A stretch of 64,000 nt of DNA from Selaginella moellendorffii (Eukaryota > Plantae > Lycopodiophyta). Position numbers and translations under genes: made by a program. The stretch lies in NCBI RefSeq assembly GCF_000143415.4, contig NW_003314359.1, positions 219,477 to 283,476 on the forward strand, given 5' to 3'. Positions 48,801 to 61,371 of this stretch are shown piece by piece. The notes beneath the pieces were generated by a model, which searched no databases, had not been told where the DNA came from, and saw only the letters and a list, made by a program, of their open reading frames with translations. Numbering within the stretch: position 1 is the stretch's first letter; every line of letters begins with the position of its first letter.

Positions 48801-51800
48801 GATCCATAGCAACTGAGACTTGGGTGTCCCCATCTCATTCACCACGTCCTTGGTGCCCTTTGCACCAAAGTGTTCAAGTTAGATATGCCGAGCTTTCACT
48901 CTAAGCAATCTAACTGTGCATCACGACTCCGAGGCATCCCTCGCTTGGCGGTGTGCCCAAACCAGTCCCCTCACTGAGAGTCCATGACCACCGAAATATG
49001 AGTGTCCTCATATTCCAAACCATCACCACGCCCTAGTGATTTGGGACTCGAACCCAAGCACTAGAGGGTCGGGACTCGAACCCAACCTCCGTATATGTAT
49101 CTACGGACGGCATCACCCTAGATGTCTGGTGTGACTCCCCACGCCGGTGCACCAACTTATACTTAAAGTGCGTTACAGATCACAGCTTAGGAACCTAGTT
49201 CCTCCACATTGCCAAGTCCTCTCACTTGACAAGTCCGTGATCATGCATGGACTCCTCCATGCTTGGCCCCATGGCCCACCCTTTTTGAAGTAATCACCTT
49301 CAACTAGGGTATTCGTTCCCCTGACTTGCCAATCTCGTTTGGCAAGTCCTCCGACCACTGTAACATGGTTCCTGCATAAGCGTGAAAGTCTTTGACCATC
49401 GACTTTCGTTCAAAGCCCTCTCTTTGAACACTCGGGAACTACTTCCCTAACCTTGATAGCCTTGCCTCATGGCAAGCTTCAAGACCACGCTTCTGCTGCG
49501 CCACTCTGATTTCGTGCGTTCCATGAACCATTTACACTTTGCCTTTCTAGGTACTAAATTACCTAGAATCATCTTTGGGAACCTTGAAGGAACTTTGTCC
49601 CTTAGCTTGCTATGGCCTCCCTTTTCGCAAGCTTTATAGTTGCTATATAGTCTAATATGGACAATTCCATATTTTAGACTGTCCATGGCCTCACAGTTGC
49701 TAGCAACAACATCCTCGAGCACCCTCTTGATTCTCCACTCCCAACTTGCATAACCACCATTGGATATGCCCTTCAATTTCTATGGTTTAATTCTATCCCA
49801 ATACTACTTGCCTTTTGGCCCCATATGTTTCCTTTGGTTATTCTCCTCCAAACTAGGAGGATAGCTTTGCACATTTTACTATGCCTTAGCAAGTATGCTT
49901 AGGGATGAACCTACCCGATAGCCTAGGGAGTGGTTCCTCAATCTTGGGCATGCTCACTTTATAATCCCACACACCGGGGTTAATGTTACTGCTTATGGGC
50001 CTTTACATGCCCATCACTAGCCTTGCCAAAATTCCATTTTTGGCTTTGTCCAATTCGGGTAGACAGTCTTCTCTTGTCTCCACAATATTGGACATTTGGA
50101 TAGCACCTTCTATCCATCATTCATTAAGGACTTAGTCCCTTGGGCCTTATCTATTGCCCTTGCGACATGAAACACCACCTCCTGGTGTTCTAGAGTGTTT
50201 GGGTGTCCCAATGATGGCCTCCGGACAATGAGCATTCCCGTTTACGACATTGACTTACTATATCGCAACATAAGCAATTTATCCTCTGTAAGGGTATATT
50301 TAACTTCCTTATACCATTAAGAAGTCTTGAGTAGCTACCTTCTACCCGTTTAACCAATTATATTGCACATCTTGCTTAGTTGCCTCATAGCTGTCAAGTC
50401 CTACAACTCATTGCTTGGTGCTTCCACACCTCCATCATTATCTGGGTCACCACACTTCAACCGCATGCCTTCCAGCTTAGGCCATGCCTTTCCCGCTTCT
50501 GTTGGGATTCCCTTGGCAAGGGGTTCTTATGAACCCACCATCATAACCTCAAGGTATCACACCTTGGCATATTTGGTGTCTCCACACCATCGGCCCCACG
50601 AGCCTACCCTTATGACACTACTTATTAGTGTCTAGATCTTTGCCAAGACCAATATAATTGTTCCTCATACTAACTATTCGTTAGCACTGCACTATAGTGC
50701 TTGTACCCAACTCTGGGCCAAAGTTGCTTTTTTCTGGGAACATCTTTCCCACAACTTTAGTATGGCATATTCGGCCATTAATGAGATACCTACTATTCTC
50801 ATACTTGGATCTTATGATCCTCCCCATACCTCATGGGGCACCATACACCTTAGTCAAATGCTTCAACCAATCCTTTAGGACCATTACCTGACTCCGCTTG
50901 AGTCATCTAGCATTTTGGACTTTGCTAATCCAACAAACTGTGAGGTTTCAGTCTTAGAGGTGCCAACTCACTGGAATACAACTTCTTGTATTCATGTCCT
51001 ACTCATAAGAACAATCTTTGCAAGTGTTACTCTGACACTTGATGATTTTCTTGGGGCTAACCTTTGCCCCTTAGGACCACTTGTCCATGTGATGAGAATA
51101 CCAACTCATCCTCTAAGTACACCCTCACCTCCTTGGGTTGTTCTAGCATTTATTAGAGGTAGCTCCGACTACCATTTCAAGGACTTGTGTCCTTTTCCGT
51201 ATTTGACCTCTCGCGGTCATTACTTCTGGTCTCACATTCATGAGCACCCACCTCAAATATATGAGGATAATCTTGTGACTCTTTTATTGTTTTGGAGTCT
51301 TTATCTTTCCCGTGATCCTAACTATAGTTGTTTACCACAATTACATTAGCCAGTTTGCAAAGTCAAATCCTCATCTGGATCACATCCTCAACTCTATGAA
51401 GAAACCTTTATACTGTTCCCAAGATCCCAAAGTTGTTCCCTTACTGGCCCTTTTTCCATCCACCACATCGTGCGCAAGTTCATGCATGAACTTGAGTGGA
51501 GAGCCATGTCTTTTCGACATGCTACTCCTCGAAGATAGGTCCATATCTAGGACCCTCCGATTCCAATACAAGCAGTGATATACTTGGCCACTAATAAGAG
51601 TCAGATTAAGGAACAACTCCGATACCAAGTTATAAGCGACTAATTTTTCCATTCTACTTTAGTCACTTAACCACACCTTTGACCACTTGGAGGGGTCTCA
51701 TTCACAACCTCCTGAAGTCTAATTCAGGACTTGGGACTTGCTAGCCCCGAGGATGGCATCTATGCCACTCATCCCTTGCACTTAGTCCAAGTGCTCCACA

Positions 51801-53212
51801 TGTCTGGTCCCAAGACCGACACCCAAAGGTACTACTGACATATTGGCCCATTACACTAAAGCTATGCCCATTCACCTTTGCCGCACTAGTGGTCCAATAC
51901 CACTTGCATCACAATCCCGTCTCTCCAAGACTGGGCCAACCATCCGTGAGTGGTCATCCCAGATCCACTCCTTAGCATCTTTAGGATGCCTACTGACAAG
52001 GGGAATAACCTTCCCCAATATCCCTCTGTTAGTCCCCACTAGGTCCCGTTTTGCCCTTGGACGTGTTTGCCAACACTGCCACTGGATCGAGGCCCACAGG
52101 CCTGACCACTAATTCCCATGGTCCTCTAGGACTTCCTCACCACATGACCGTATCCTTGGCCACCACACCAAAGGACTGCTCCTTTCCCTTTCCATAGTCT
52201 GGGACTTGGGGACAACACTTCAGAACACTGTGGCCTTATACAAGCCACCTGGGTACTCTCCCCGCTTTCTGCCTTTGGGTGCTCTAGCCATGGGCTTAGA
52301 GTGAGGTTCCGTTGAGCCATGCCTGGTATCCAAGTAGGTAGTGCCACCCACACTTGGACTGGGAGCATCGGCCAATCGATCTCCCGAGGGAACTAGAGCC
52401 GGCTCTTGAACACTTCACCAAGCTACCTCACTTGTCGGTCCGTATTCACTCTAGTCTTGGACTTCCCAATGGTCAGTTCATCACCCAACACTGGGTCTGG
52501 CCTTCCTAGGCCAAACTAGCCTTTCCTGGCCAAACTAGCTCCACTGTAATCCTCCCCCTTACTATACTTTTGGAGCTCACCAAACCCCCCAGGGTCTGGG
52601 AGACGAACGCTTTGGGCTTTCACCCTCTCAGACTCGGACTCGGACTCGGACTCGGGCTCGGTCTCAGCCTCGGCCTCGGTCTCGGTCTCGGTCTCGGCCT
52701 CGGCCTCGGTCTCGGTCTCGGTCTCGGCCTCGGCCTCGGTCCCGGTCTCGGTCCCGGTCTCGGTCTCGGTCCCGGTCTCGGTCCAGACCTCGGACTCCAT
52801 CTCGGGTCCTTCTCGGACTCCATCTCGGGTCCATCTCGGACTCCATCTCGGGTCCATCTCGGACTCCATCTCGGACTCCATCTCGGTCCATCTCGGACTC
52901 CATCTTGGACCCCATCTCGGACTCCATCTCGGACTCCATCCCGGACTCCGTCTCGGTCCATCTCGGACTCCATCTCGCACACTTCCACGTGTCATGTGTT
53001 GGTCCTTTTGGGTCCCTTTTTGGAGTCTCACTTATTGCTCTCTTCGTGCTTGTTCCTCGAGCACTTTGTTGGAAGTTCTACTCCCACTCTCGACCTTCCA
53101 AGTTGGAGCTTTTAGTCCAAATGTGTTACGCTCGTTTGGCTTTCGCTTCGGCCACTACCATGTGGCACCCTTTCTAGCTCCACTTTGGGACTTAGGGATT
53201 TTGTGTCTCACA
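45820..53212 (-). mobile_element. non-autonomous LTR element (family B, LARD-like), related to family A
   Basis: LTRs 45820-47558 and 51631-53212. TSD TCTAA on both sides. PBS TGGTATCGGAG at 51617-51627. PPT identical to family A at 47559-47570. The 4-kb interior has no recognisable pol, only a possible eroded gag knuckle near 49330-49375. Confidence 0.92.
46816..47321. repeat. 6/12-bp GC-rich tandem array (GACTCG, GGACTCCATCTC) in family B LTR; shorter variant at about 52630-52977
   Basis: Direct reading; source of the low-complexity pseudo-ORFs. Confidence 0.9.
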
Positions 53213-54611
53213 TCTAATCCCTGCGAGTGGCTGCTCCCAAACCGTTGTACCACTACAACGCTGTCCCTTGGAGACACATGGGAAACTCACACAAACGTCA
53301 AGCATCATCCCAAGAATGATATGTGGCAATCACCGTAAAGTGATTGAACCAATGGTACACATCATCCCCAGGATTTCTGCGAAAGAACTCCATCCAAACG
53401 TAAGGATTGGCACCAAGAGCAGGATGAGTTGTACCATGTGCCATGAATGCCGCTATCAATTGAGTTTAGTTGTTCAATTGCAAGCGCATAGCATCAAGCA
53501 ATTGTACCAATTGCTGCTCCAGAGTCAAAAGAGGAGATTGTTGATCTGCCATAGAGACGAATGAAAAAGAAAGAGCAAAAGAAGAGAAATGACAAAAAAG
53601 CTAGAAGGAAATGGTAGATCTAGACAATGCAAAAAGCTAGATCTAAACCAAAGTTCTGAAAGGAAAGAACAAAAGAAAGGAAATAGAAAAAACTAGATCT
53701 AAACAATACAAAAGTTAAATCTAAACTAAAATCCCAAATCCAAACACTCCCTAGGGACAATCAAAAGTGCCCCTCACCTCCACCAATGTGAGTGCATGGA
53801 ATATAGAAAGGGAATACAGAAATGTGCATATCAATTAGCCCAAAAACCCTAATTTATATACAAGAGCGAGTGGTTCGAATTAAAACCAATCCGACCGCTA
53901 CCAAAATCCCACTACACTAATATTAGTATATAGCATCGTAGCCGTACACTTAGCCCTCACATGTAAATATATTCTTAAATAAATAAATAAATAAATTACA
54001 ATCGATTTGAATAATAAGCAATATTAATTAATAACAATCCTTGAGGTCCAATTTCACAATTATATATTATCAAATTACCATTATTTATTAAAATAACTAG
54101 ACAATGTTCATAGTAGTCATTAAACTAAAAATAAACCTAAATACGTTAATACTAAGTTTAATGAATTCTTTTATCATAAATAAAACATAAATAAACTTTT
54201 ATATCAATTTACAAAGATGGCAATATTAATAACATGCATATATTTACATTATGTTTTACAATAATTTTATATTTATTGCAAATTTGTGAACTATGTTTAT
54301 TGTGATGTACAGATTAAAGATGGTTTTGCATGATTCTATTTGCGTAAACCATGTTTATGTTAATTGTGAACAAAATGTGAACCATCGCAATTGTAAAGGT
54401 GGCATATTGCAAATTAACATATGTGTACAAACTATTATTAACATATTGTCGAACTAAATTTCTAAATATATTTGCATCAATTTACAAGGATACTTTAATT
54501 GGACAAAAATATTTTCAAATGAGTTATGTTTAGGTTTATATGATTAAATTAAAATTTAAAAACAGTGCATTGTACATTTATGTATGTTCCTGGATCAGAT
54601 TAAAGATGAGT

Positions 54612-54858
54612 AGACGCAATGATGGATCCGCCTATGCTTGATGGGCACAGCTTGATCTAATAGTTTTCGTTTTCTTCACAGCTAGTGTCAAAATTGAGGG
54701 AACTATAATGCAAACCGGTACCTCCTCATCGCTCAGCACCCGTTGCTCGCTTCCTTTTGCCTTGAGCTCGTGGAACTTGGTTTTACTGATCCTCCCATGT
54801 CACCTCCGTCTCCAAGCCCTCCGGATGAAAAACCAGCTCGCAGCCGCCCTTAAAAAGA
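54612..54858. pseudogene. deletion-eroded duplicate of the SS1 3' end and PFD4 locus
   Basis: Collinear blocks ATGATGGATCC..GCTTGATGGG, GCTTGATCTAATA, CCTCCTC.TCGCTCAGCACC, TCGTGGAACTTGG and CTGATCCTCCCATGTCACCTCCGTCTCCA match 39740-40390. Confidence 0.8.
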
Positions 54859-54873
54859 ATGAGCCGGCATAAA

Positions 54874-55336
54874 CTAATCCACGCAATTGCGCTTTCGTTT
54901 CTTGGAATGCCAACTCATGTGTCCAATGCACTGCCTGCTCTCCATGAACTTCTTCCTGCACGTCACGCATTCGAACGCGCCACCACCTTCCACAGCCTCC
55001 AAGCTCCTGAGCTCCCGGATCTTCTCTCCCAGCTCCAAGTTGGCTATCACGTACTTCGAAGCCGCCTCGAAAGTGGGCCACGACGTGCCATCCGGGCTGT
55101 AGAGGAGGAGCTAGTTTACTTACAAGCGATGGAATCGATCGGGCAAACACTTCCTACCTTCGAAAGTCGCGGAATGCCAAGAAGTAGCGCCCCTGATCCT
55201 TGCGCAGCCCTGCCACCACGGACCATCCCTCGGGGAGGCCCTTGGCCGCCACCACCTTCTCGCGTTTCGCCGGCGAGATCCAAGTTCCTCGCATCCGGAG
55301 AATGTGCTCCGCCAGGGCCGCCGCCTCCTCCTCCAT
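54874..55336 (-). CDS. small MBD-like domain plus C2H2 zinc-finger protein (133 aa, MBD8-like)
   Basis: Exons 55336-55158 and 55096-54874 with a 61-nt GT-AG intron. Reads LPEGWSVVAGLRKDQGRYFLAFRDFRSPDGTSWPTFEAASKYV, then FECVTCRKKF...IGHMSWH, then KKRKR. Confidence 0.78.
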
Positions 55337-55441
55337 GGTGACTTGCCCTAGGATCAAAGAGTGTCCAAGTTTAGAACGCGGAATATGCTACTGACAGTTA
55401 ACGTCCGTACCGTGGAAGATCAACCGTACGCGTTCTATCAC

Positions 55442-57259
55442 ATGAGCCGGAAGAGCAGGGTGGATTGGCTGGCCTCCACCCTGCGATCGTGTTCCAGCGC
55501 CCGGGATCTGGCCAGGGGGAGAGAGATCCACTCGCGGATCCTCGCCAGCGACGAGGACAGGGGCAGCGTCTACCTCGCCAATCTCCTCGTCCAGATGTAT
55601 GGCAAATGCGGGAGCGTGGAGGAGGCCCAGTCGGCGTTCGACGCCATCGCGCAGCCCAATCGCTTCTCCTGGAACATCCTCCTCCAGGCGTATGCCCACA
55701 ACGGGCACCACGACCGCGCGTGCGAGATCTTCGACCGCGTCGCGTCGCCCAACTCGGTGTGCTGCACCAGCATGATCACCATGTACGCGCAGCTCGGGCG
55801 AGTCGGCGACGCGCAGGCGGTCTTCAATCGCCTGCCCAGCCCGGACTTCGTCTCCTGGAACGCGCTCCTCGCGGCATATGCCTCCAACGGGCATTTGCAG
55901 CGGGCGGTGGAGGTGTTCGCGAGGATGGGCGAGCACAGCGTCGTGTCGTGGACCACGCTGCTCCAGGCCTACGCCCTCTCCGGCCGGATCGACGAGGCCG
56001 GGCGCCTCTTCGACGCCATGCCGGAGAGGAACGCCATCTCCTGGAACGCGATGCTCGCCACCCAATGCCGCGGCGACGACCTCGAGCGATCCAAGGCGAT
56101 TTTCGACGCCATGCCGCTGTGGAGCGCGCGATCCTGCAACTGTATGATCACTGCGCTCTCAGACGCCGGCTGCGCCGATCTCGCGCAGTCCCTCTTCGAA
56201 GCCATGCCCGAGAGGACGACGGTGTCGTGGAACGCGCTCATCGCCGCATTCGCCATGGCCGGGCGGGCCGGCGACGCGAGGGCGTGCTTCGACGCCATGG
56301 CGGAGGAGAGAAACCTGGCGACCTGGAACTCGCTCCTACTAGGGCTCGTCCAGGCGGATGATCGCCTCCACGACGCGCGGGGGATATTCGACAGGATGCC
56401 GCGGCGGGACGTGGTGGCATATACCACCGTGATGTCGGGATATGCCCGCGCGGGAGATTTGAACGAGGCTGGGGCGGTGTTCGATTCCATGCCCGAGCGG
56501 GACACGGTGGCCGGGACGAAGCTGATGGCGGCATATTCCCAGAACGGGCGTGTGGACAGCGCGGAGATCCTCTTCCGTACCATGCCCGCCCGGGACATTG
56601 TCTCCTGGAACACACTGATTGGGGGGTACGGACAGAACGCCAGGGCCGACGACGCGCGGTCGGTCTTCGATCGGATGCCCGCGCGGAGTAGCGTCTCCTG
56701 GAACGCGATGATCGCGGCGCTGGCGCAGATTGGCCGGTGCGGCGAGGCGCGGGCTGTCTTCGAATCGATGCCGGGGAGGGATTCCCTGTCTTGGAACGGG
56801 ATAATCTCGGGCTACTCTAGCTCCAGCGATGGTCGCCGCGGCGCGATCGATGCGCTCCGGGGCATGGCGCTGGACGGATCGCGGCCGGACAGGGTCACGT
56901 TCTTGGCTGTTCTTGGCGCTTGCACAAGCTCGGGGTCGCTGGGCGAGGCGCTAGAAATATTTGGGTTGATCCGGGATCACGGCCTGGATCCGGCCCCGGA
57001 GCACTTCTCGTGCGTGGTGGACATGCTGGGGCGATCGGGGCGGCTCCGCGAGACGCAGGATCTGATTGAGCAGATGCCCGATTTGCCGAGCCAGTCGCAG
57101 TGGGCAAGCCTGCTCAGCTCGTGTACCATCCACCGCGACGTCAAGCTCGGCGAGATCGCGGCAAGGAGAGTGTCGGAGAACGCATCGGAGGCAGGCGCGG
57201 CACGGATTTCTCTGAGGAACATCTACGCGGTGGCTGCCACTTCTCTCCAATCACGGTAA
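55442..57259 (+). CDS. PLS-class pentatricopeptide repeat protein with E-type C-terminus, no DYW
   Basis: Intronless ORF of repeated A..FD.MP.R..VSWN.MI motifs, ending EHFSCVVDMLGRSG...W.SLL.SC..H.D. An alternative upstream ATG lies at 55385. Confidence 0.93.
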   Translation: MSRKSRVDWLASTLRSCSSARDLARGREIHSRILASDEDRGSVYLANLLVQMYGKCGSVEEAQSAFDAIAQPNRFSWNILLQAYAHNGHHDRACEIFDRVASPNSVCCTSMITMYAQLGRVGDAQAVFNRLPSPDFVSWNALLAAYASNGHLQRAVEVFARMGEHSVVSWTTLLQAYALSGRIDEAGRLFDAMPERNAISWNAMLATQCRGDDLERSKAIFDAMPLWSARSCNCMITALSDAGCADLAQSLFEAMPERTTVSWNALIAAFAMAGRAGDARACFDAMAEERNLATWNSLLLGLVQADDRLHDARGIFDRMPRRDVVAYTTVMSGYARAGDLNEAGAVFDSMPERDTVAGTKLMAAYSQNGRVDSAEILFRTMPARDIVSWNTLIGGYGQNARADDARSVFDRMPARSSVSWNAMIAALAQIGRCGEARAVFESMPGRDSLSWNGIISGYSSSSDGRRGAIDALRGMALDGSRPDRVTFLAVLGACTSSGSLGEALEIFGLIRDHGLDPAPEHFSCVVDMLGRSGRLRETQDLIEQMPDLPSQSQWASLLSSCTIHRDVKLGEIAARRVSENASEAGAARISLRNIYAVAATSLQSR

Positions 57260-60200
57260 CATTTAGATGACAATGGAGTCTCGGCTGCCGCTTCAAGGTA
57301 TTAAGCAAGCACAAGAATCCATGGACGATCAAGGAGACACGGATTGCAGATCACAGCAGCAGTAATGCACCAGGTGAGCTCCCCATTCCCATATTTGGAC
57401 AAAAGAAGCTCCTGGCTCCTTTGTCACTATGGAGTTTTTAAACTTTTGCAAAAGACGTGAGTGCAACCTATAGTGGAAGTGCAGCACAAGTGGCTCATCA
57501 ACTTTGTTAAAACTTTGAGTCCCCTGTTTTCTAATCACTATAATCTTGCAGGTTTGATTGCTTTCAAAGTGTTAACAATTGAAAGAGATTTTAACCAACA
57601 AGGTCCCCCAGAAAATACGAGGATGAGCATTGCCAACTCAACACGAGATTGCCAGATCGGGAGCGGATACAGCAAGCAGTGAGGAAGCCCTGGAAGGCAA
57701 CAGGTTTCACGGCCATACTTACGTGATATTGGAGATCCGGATGCACAACCATGAGGGTTCAACCTCTTGCTCGCGGGGGTACATCTTGGCTTGCACTCGG
57801 TGGCCAGCATAGTTGGTGTATTCTGTCCCAGTGCCGCACCTTGTTAGTTCCTCGGGAACAGGGAACATGCCTTTTACCAGGGTGATATCCTGGTCAGTGA
57901 GTGCTCTTCAGAACAAGGCGTGGTGTGTTGCCATCTCACTTTTTCGTGTAAAATCTACAAGACAACAAGACAAAGATAATCTAGGTTATTTTTACTAGGC
58001 AGCAGTTTTTTAATTAAAGTGTGTGATATATTAAGTTCTGCTCAAATGTGAGTAATCAACCCATGCTTTTGTGCAAACAAATCAAAGAAGAATGAGCATT
58101 TAGCATAGAGGCACAGGGTGAAGGCTACAGAAATAGCAAGCATGTGATGGTAAGCTTTTGGGGATTTTATTTAATCATTCATTAATGGAGAGTAGATCCT
58201 TTTTCAAGTCCTAGGTAGCAAAGTGTCTTTTAAAATTATCAATAATTCTAGTTGAAGAAGCAGTGTGGTTTTCATAGTGCTCTGAAATAAAGAAAAATCT
58301 CAGTTACAACATTTCACATGAAGTGCAGGTTGTCATTTTATATTGAGTGAGGATTTACATGCAAGATATAAGTTTGATTTTTTTTCCTTTTCTTCCTAAT
58401 ATACCACAATGCATATCATTACTGCATTTACAATTAGTGCCACTTATTCATTTAATCATAGTACTTAAGGCAATGAGAATCTTGGTGATTACACCCTCAA
58501 TCAATAGATGTAGGAGGAAATAACTACATGTATAATGGTGATGGCCAGCAAAAGCCTATTCTTCACTAGCTTTTGGTCAAGGAGATAACTTCAGGGGTGT
58601 GAGAAGATAATATGATTTATCAATTTTATTTTGTGATATAATGGAATAGCTTAGAGAGTTCAACTTCAAGAGCATAAACATCCTATAATGGGATATACAA
58701 AAAAATAGCAAAAATGGTATACATCCCTACTGATTCAAGTCCATTGCTTTTTGCAAACTAATACTAAGTAAAGATACTATTGTTTGAACATGTTAATCAC
58801 AATAACAAAGAAGGCTTTTAACTTTTAAGGTACTATTTTCCATTGCATTACAGTTAATATGTAGACTGATGTAATAAAAGTCATTAGGGGCCATGCATGC
58901 TTACTTTGAATAGGTACTTTGTTTATCAAGTTCTTGTGTGCTTAGTAGTTTTTCTCTCTTCTTTTGTTTTCAAGTTAAGGTCAATAGCATAAAAAGAAAA
59001 TGAAAAATACTCATGGAAAGGCCACCAAGCATCTTACACATGAGGTTCATCTCTTAATGTTTTTCTCTCTTTCAATAGCTTTAGCATGTTGAAAAGTCCA
59101 AACTAGGAAGATGTTGCTACTTTACCTAGTGGTAGGACAATTGACTTGCATGGGTTTAGCACATCTATTTGCTGTAGCAAGAACCCTCAGTAGTGAGAAA
59201 AGTGAGTTAAGTTTTGTACAAGTACAAATTGTCACATTTAGACTTTATGCAAGTAAGAGAATTATTGCACCACAAGTTTATGATCACAATGGTGATATCT
59301 CATTATGCAACGGTTGAGGAATTTAGACTTGGAGGATGAAAATGTGTTTTGGACCAGGCTTCCACCACCAAAAGGTGGCACACAGTGTTCACATAGAGAA
59401 AAGATTACTCATGAGAGAGAATTACAACCCACCAGGAAGCATTATTGCTAACTTTGAAATGTTTGTCTAAAATTTAAATATAAAATAAAATTTTAAGTAA
59501 CTTTAAGAGTTAGTATTATAATAATTCATCAATTTTTTATATATAGATAGCGTTTTTATAATTATACATCAAGCTTAAAGTCTCCATATTTATATCTAAT
59601 ATTTAACTATAAATATTCTGGATATATCAAGTTTTAAACTTGCAAATTTGTAGAAATTTGATAGATTGAAGGTAATGGATATTTTATATAGTTCTGGATG
59701 TGCTACACAAGACCAAGTTCATCAATCTAACAAAGATTAAACAAACAATTTTCTTTCTTTCTGATGCCAATTGTAAATTTTTGAATTTAGACTTTTTTTT
59801 CACTCAACTTAGTATTATTCAAATCCAAGGATATTTAACCCTAAATATCCTAAGACTTGGTGGGTGGACTCTTTTTTATGGGTCATTTCCTTTTCTAAAG
59901 TTATTCTCTTTATTTTATTATATTTAGATAGAAAAAATTGTTAATTTAAAAAAATAAACAATACCATATTTCATAACTCCACCACTTTGAGAGTTGTCCA
60001 TGCTTCACATAATACTTTATAATACTTTAGCTACTCTCAAACACCAATAGTACTAATACCTTATTCTTTACTATATATAAAGGAAGCAAACTTTTTATAA
60101 CAAACTTGGCAAGCCTACTTTTGAGCATCTTCTTGTCTATTAGTTTAATTTAGTTGAGGCAATAATTACAAAGTAGGATTCACTCCTTCTAATTCTAATA

Positions 60201-61371
60201 AGTCAATTTGCTCCAAAAGGGGTGAGTCCAAAGTGTGGACACTGCTTGGCCATCACAAATCGTTGTTCTTGGTTTGTTTCTAGATCTCAACCACAAAGAA
60301 AAAACTTATCTTTATGAATCTTTGGAGGAAAATATTTTCACCCCAATTTCTTGAAAATGTGAGCTAACAAATCTTGCAGAAGGCTGTCAAAACTCTGTTG
60401 TCTAATGTAATAATGATGCTGAATAAAAACCTTTGAAAGCAAATAAAACTATAGTTTATTAATGGGATTGGGAATGAGGAAATGAAAACAATAAATAGAT
60501 CTTCAAAGTATCGTGAAAAGAGAAGAGTAGCATTTCCTCCATCACAATGCATCTCAACTCAATCCAAAAGCCTGTGCTCTTGGCACGAAGTAATGGGGAG
60601 TAATATATATATATGTATGTATTAGGAAAAAATACCTATATTCTATTTCTTGAAAGGATCTATTCAAAGGATGAGACTATGGTATTTGTAGATTGAAAGG
60701 TAAGCACTGCCCCTCATCAACTTTGTTAGAAACGTTGAGCAATGTCCTCCCTTGCTTTCTCACTATAGCAGCTTTCTTCTTGCAAGTTTGATTGCTTGTA
60801 AAGTGTTGCATTTTTGTAAGCTTGATCTAAATCTAGGGGTGGAACTTTTGCTTGTTTAATTACTTGTGTTGTAAATTTTAGGACATGTATGCTACAGCCT
60901 AGAAATTTCATGAGTTCTAAGATGTACATCAGCAAGGAAGACATATTAGTGAGAAGAGGAACTCTAGATTGATTTCAAGGAGTAGGCTATAAAGATGGTT
61001 TGTTCTCTTGTTTTGGAATATAAGAGTTTGCAAAAAGAGATGCACATTTACCTAGACCTTCAAATTAACTTGTTTCTCTTGTCACGTGTCTTCCAGACCA
61101 TGGCAAAAAGCACAGTAACTAAAACAAAAGAAAAAATTAAACACCATCAAGCTTGTGGGTTATTATTTGAAAAATAGATTATAGGTAATAGCAATGATTT
61201 CTTTAGAAAATATTTTAATTATTTTTAACTTTAAAAAACTTAAAGGTGGTAATAACTGAAGACTAAATATAAAATTGAAACTAAATTAATAATTTGCTGT
61301 GTGTTGTATGCAACAACACTTGGTTTGCTTAATAGTAGTGTTATTTCTATTTATTAATCTAATTAATCAAA

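Larger units (their letters stand above)
40467..53961 (-). mobile_element. old Ty3/gypsy element with 175-bp LTRs (family C, no chromodomain), about 4.9 kb without its two nested insertions
   Basis: LTRs 40467-40641 and 53787-53961 (TGTGAG...CTCACA). PPT AGAAGAGGGGATGA at 40642-40655. PBS TGGTGGAGGTGAGGGG at 53770-53785. Gag, PR, RT, RH and IN remnants present. Confidence 0.9.

Noticed and set aside
55388-57250. Long alternative-frame and antisense ORFs over PPR, MFS and transporter genes
   Set aside because: Expected shadows of GC-rich coding sequence.
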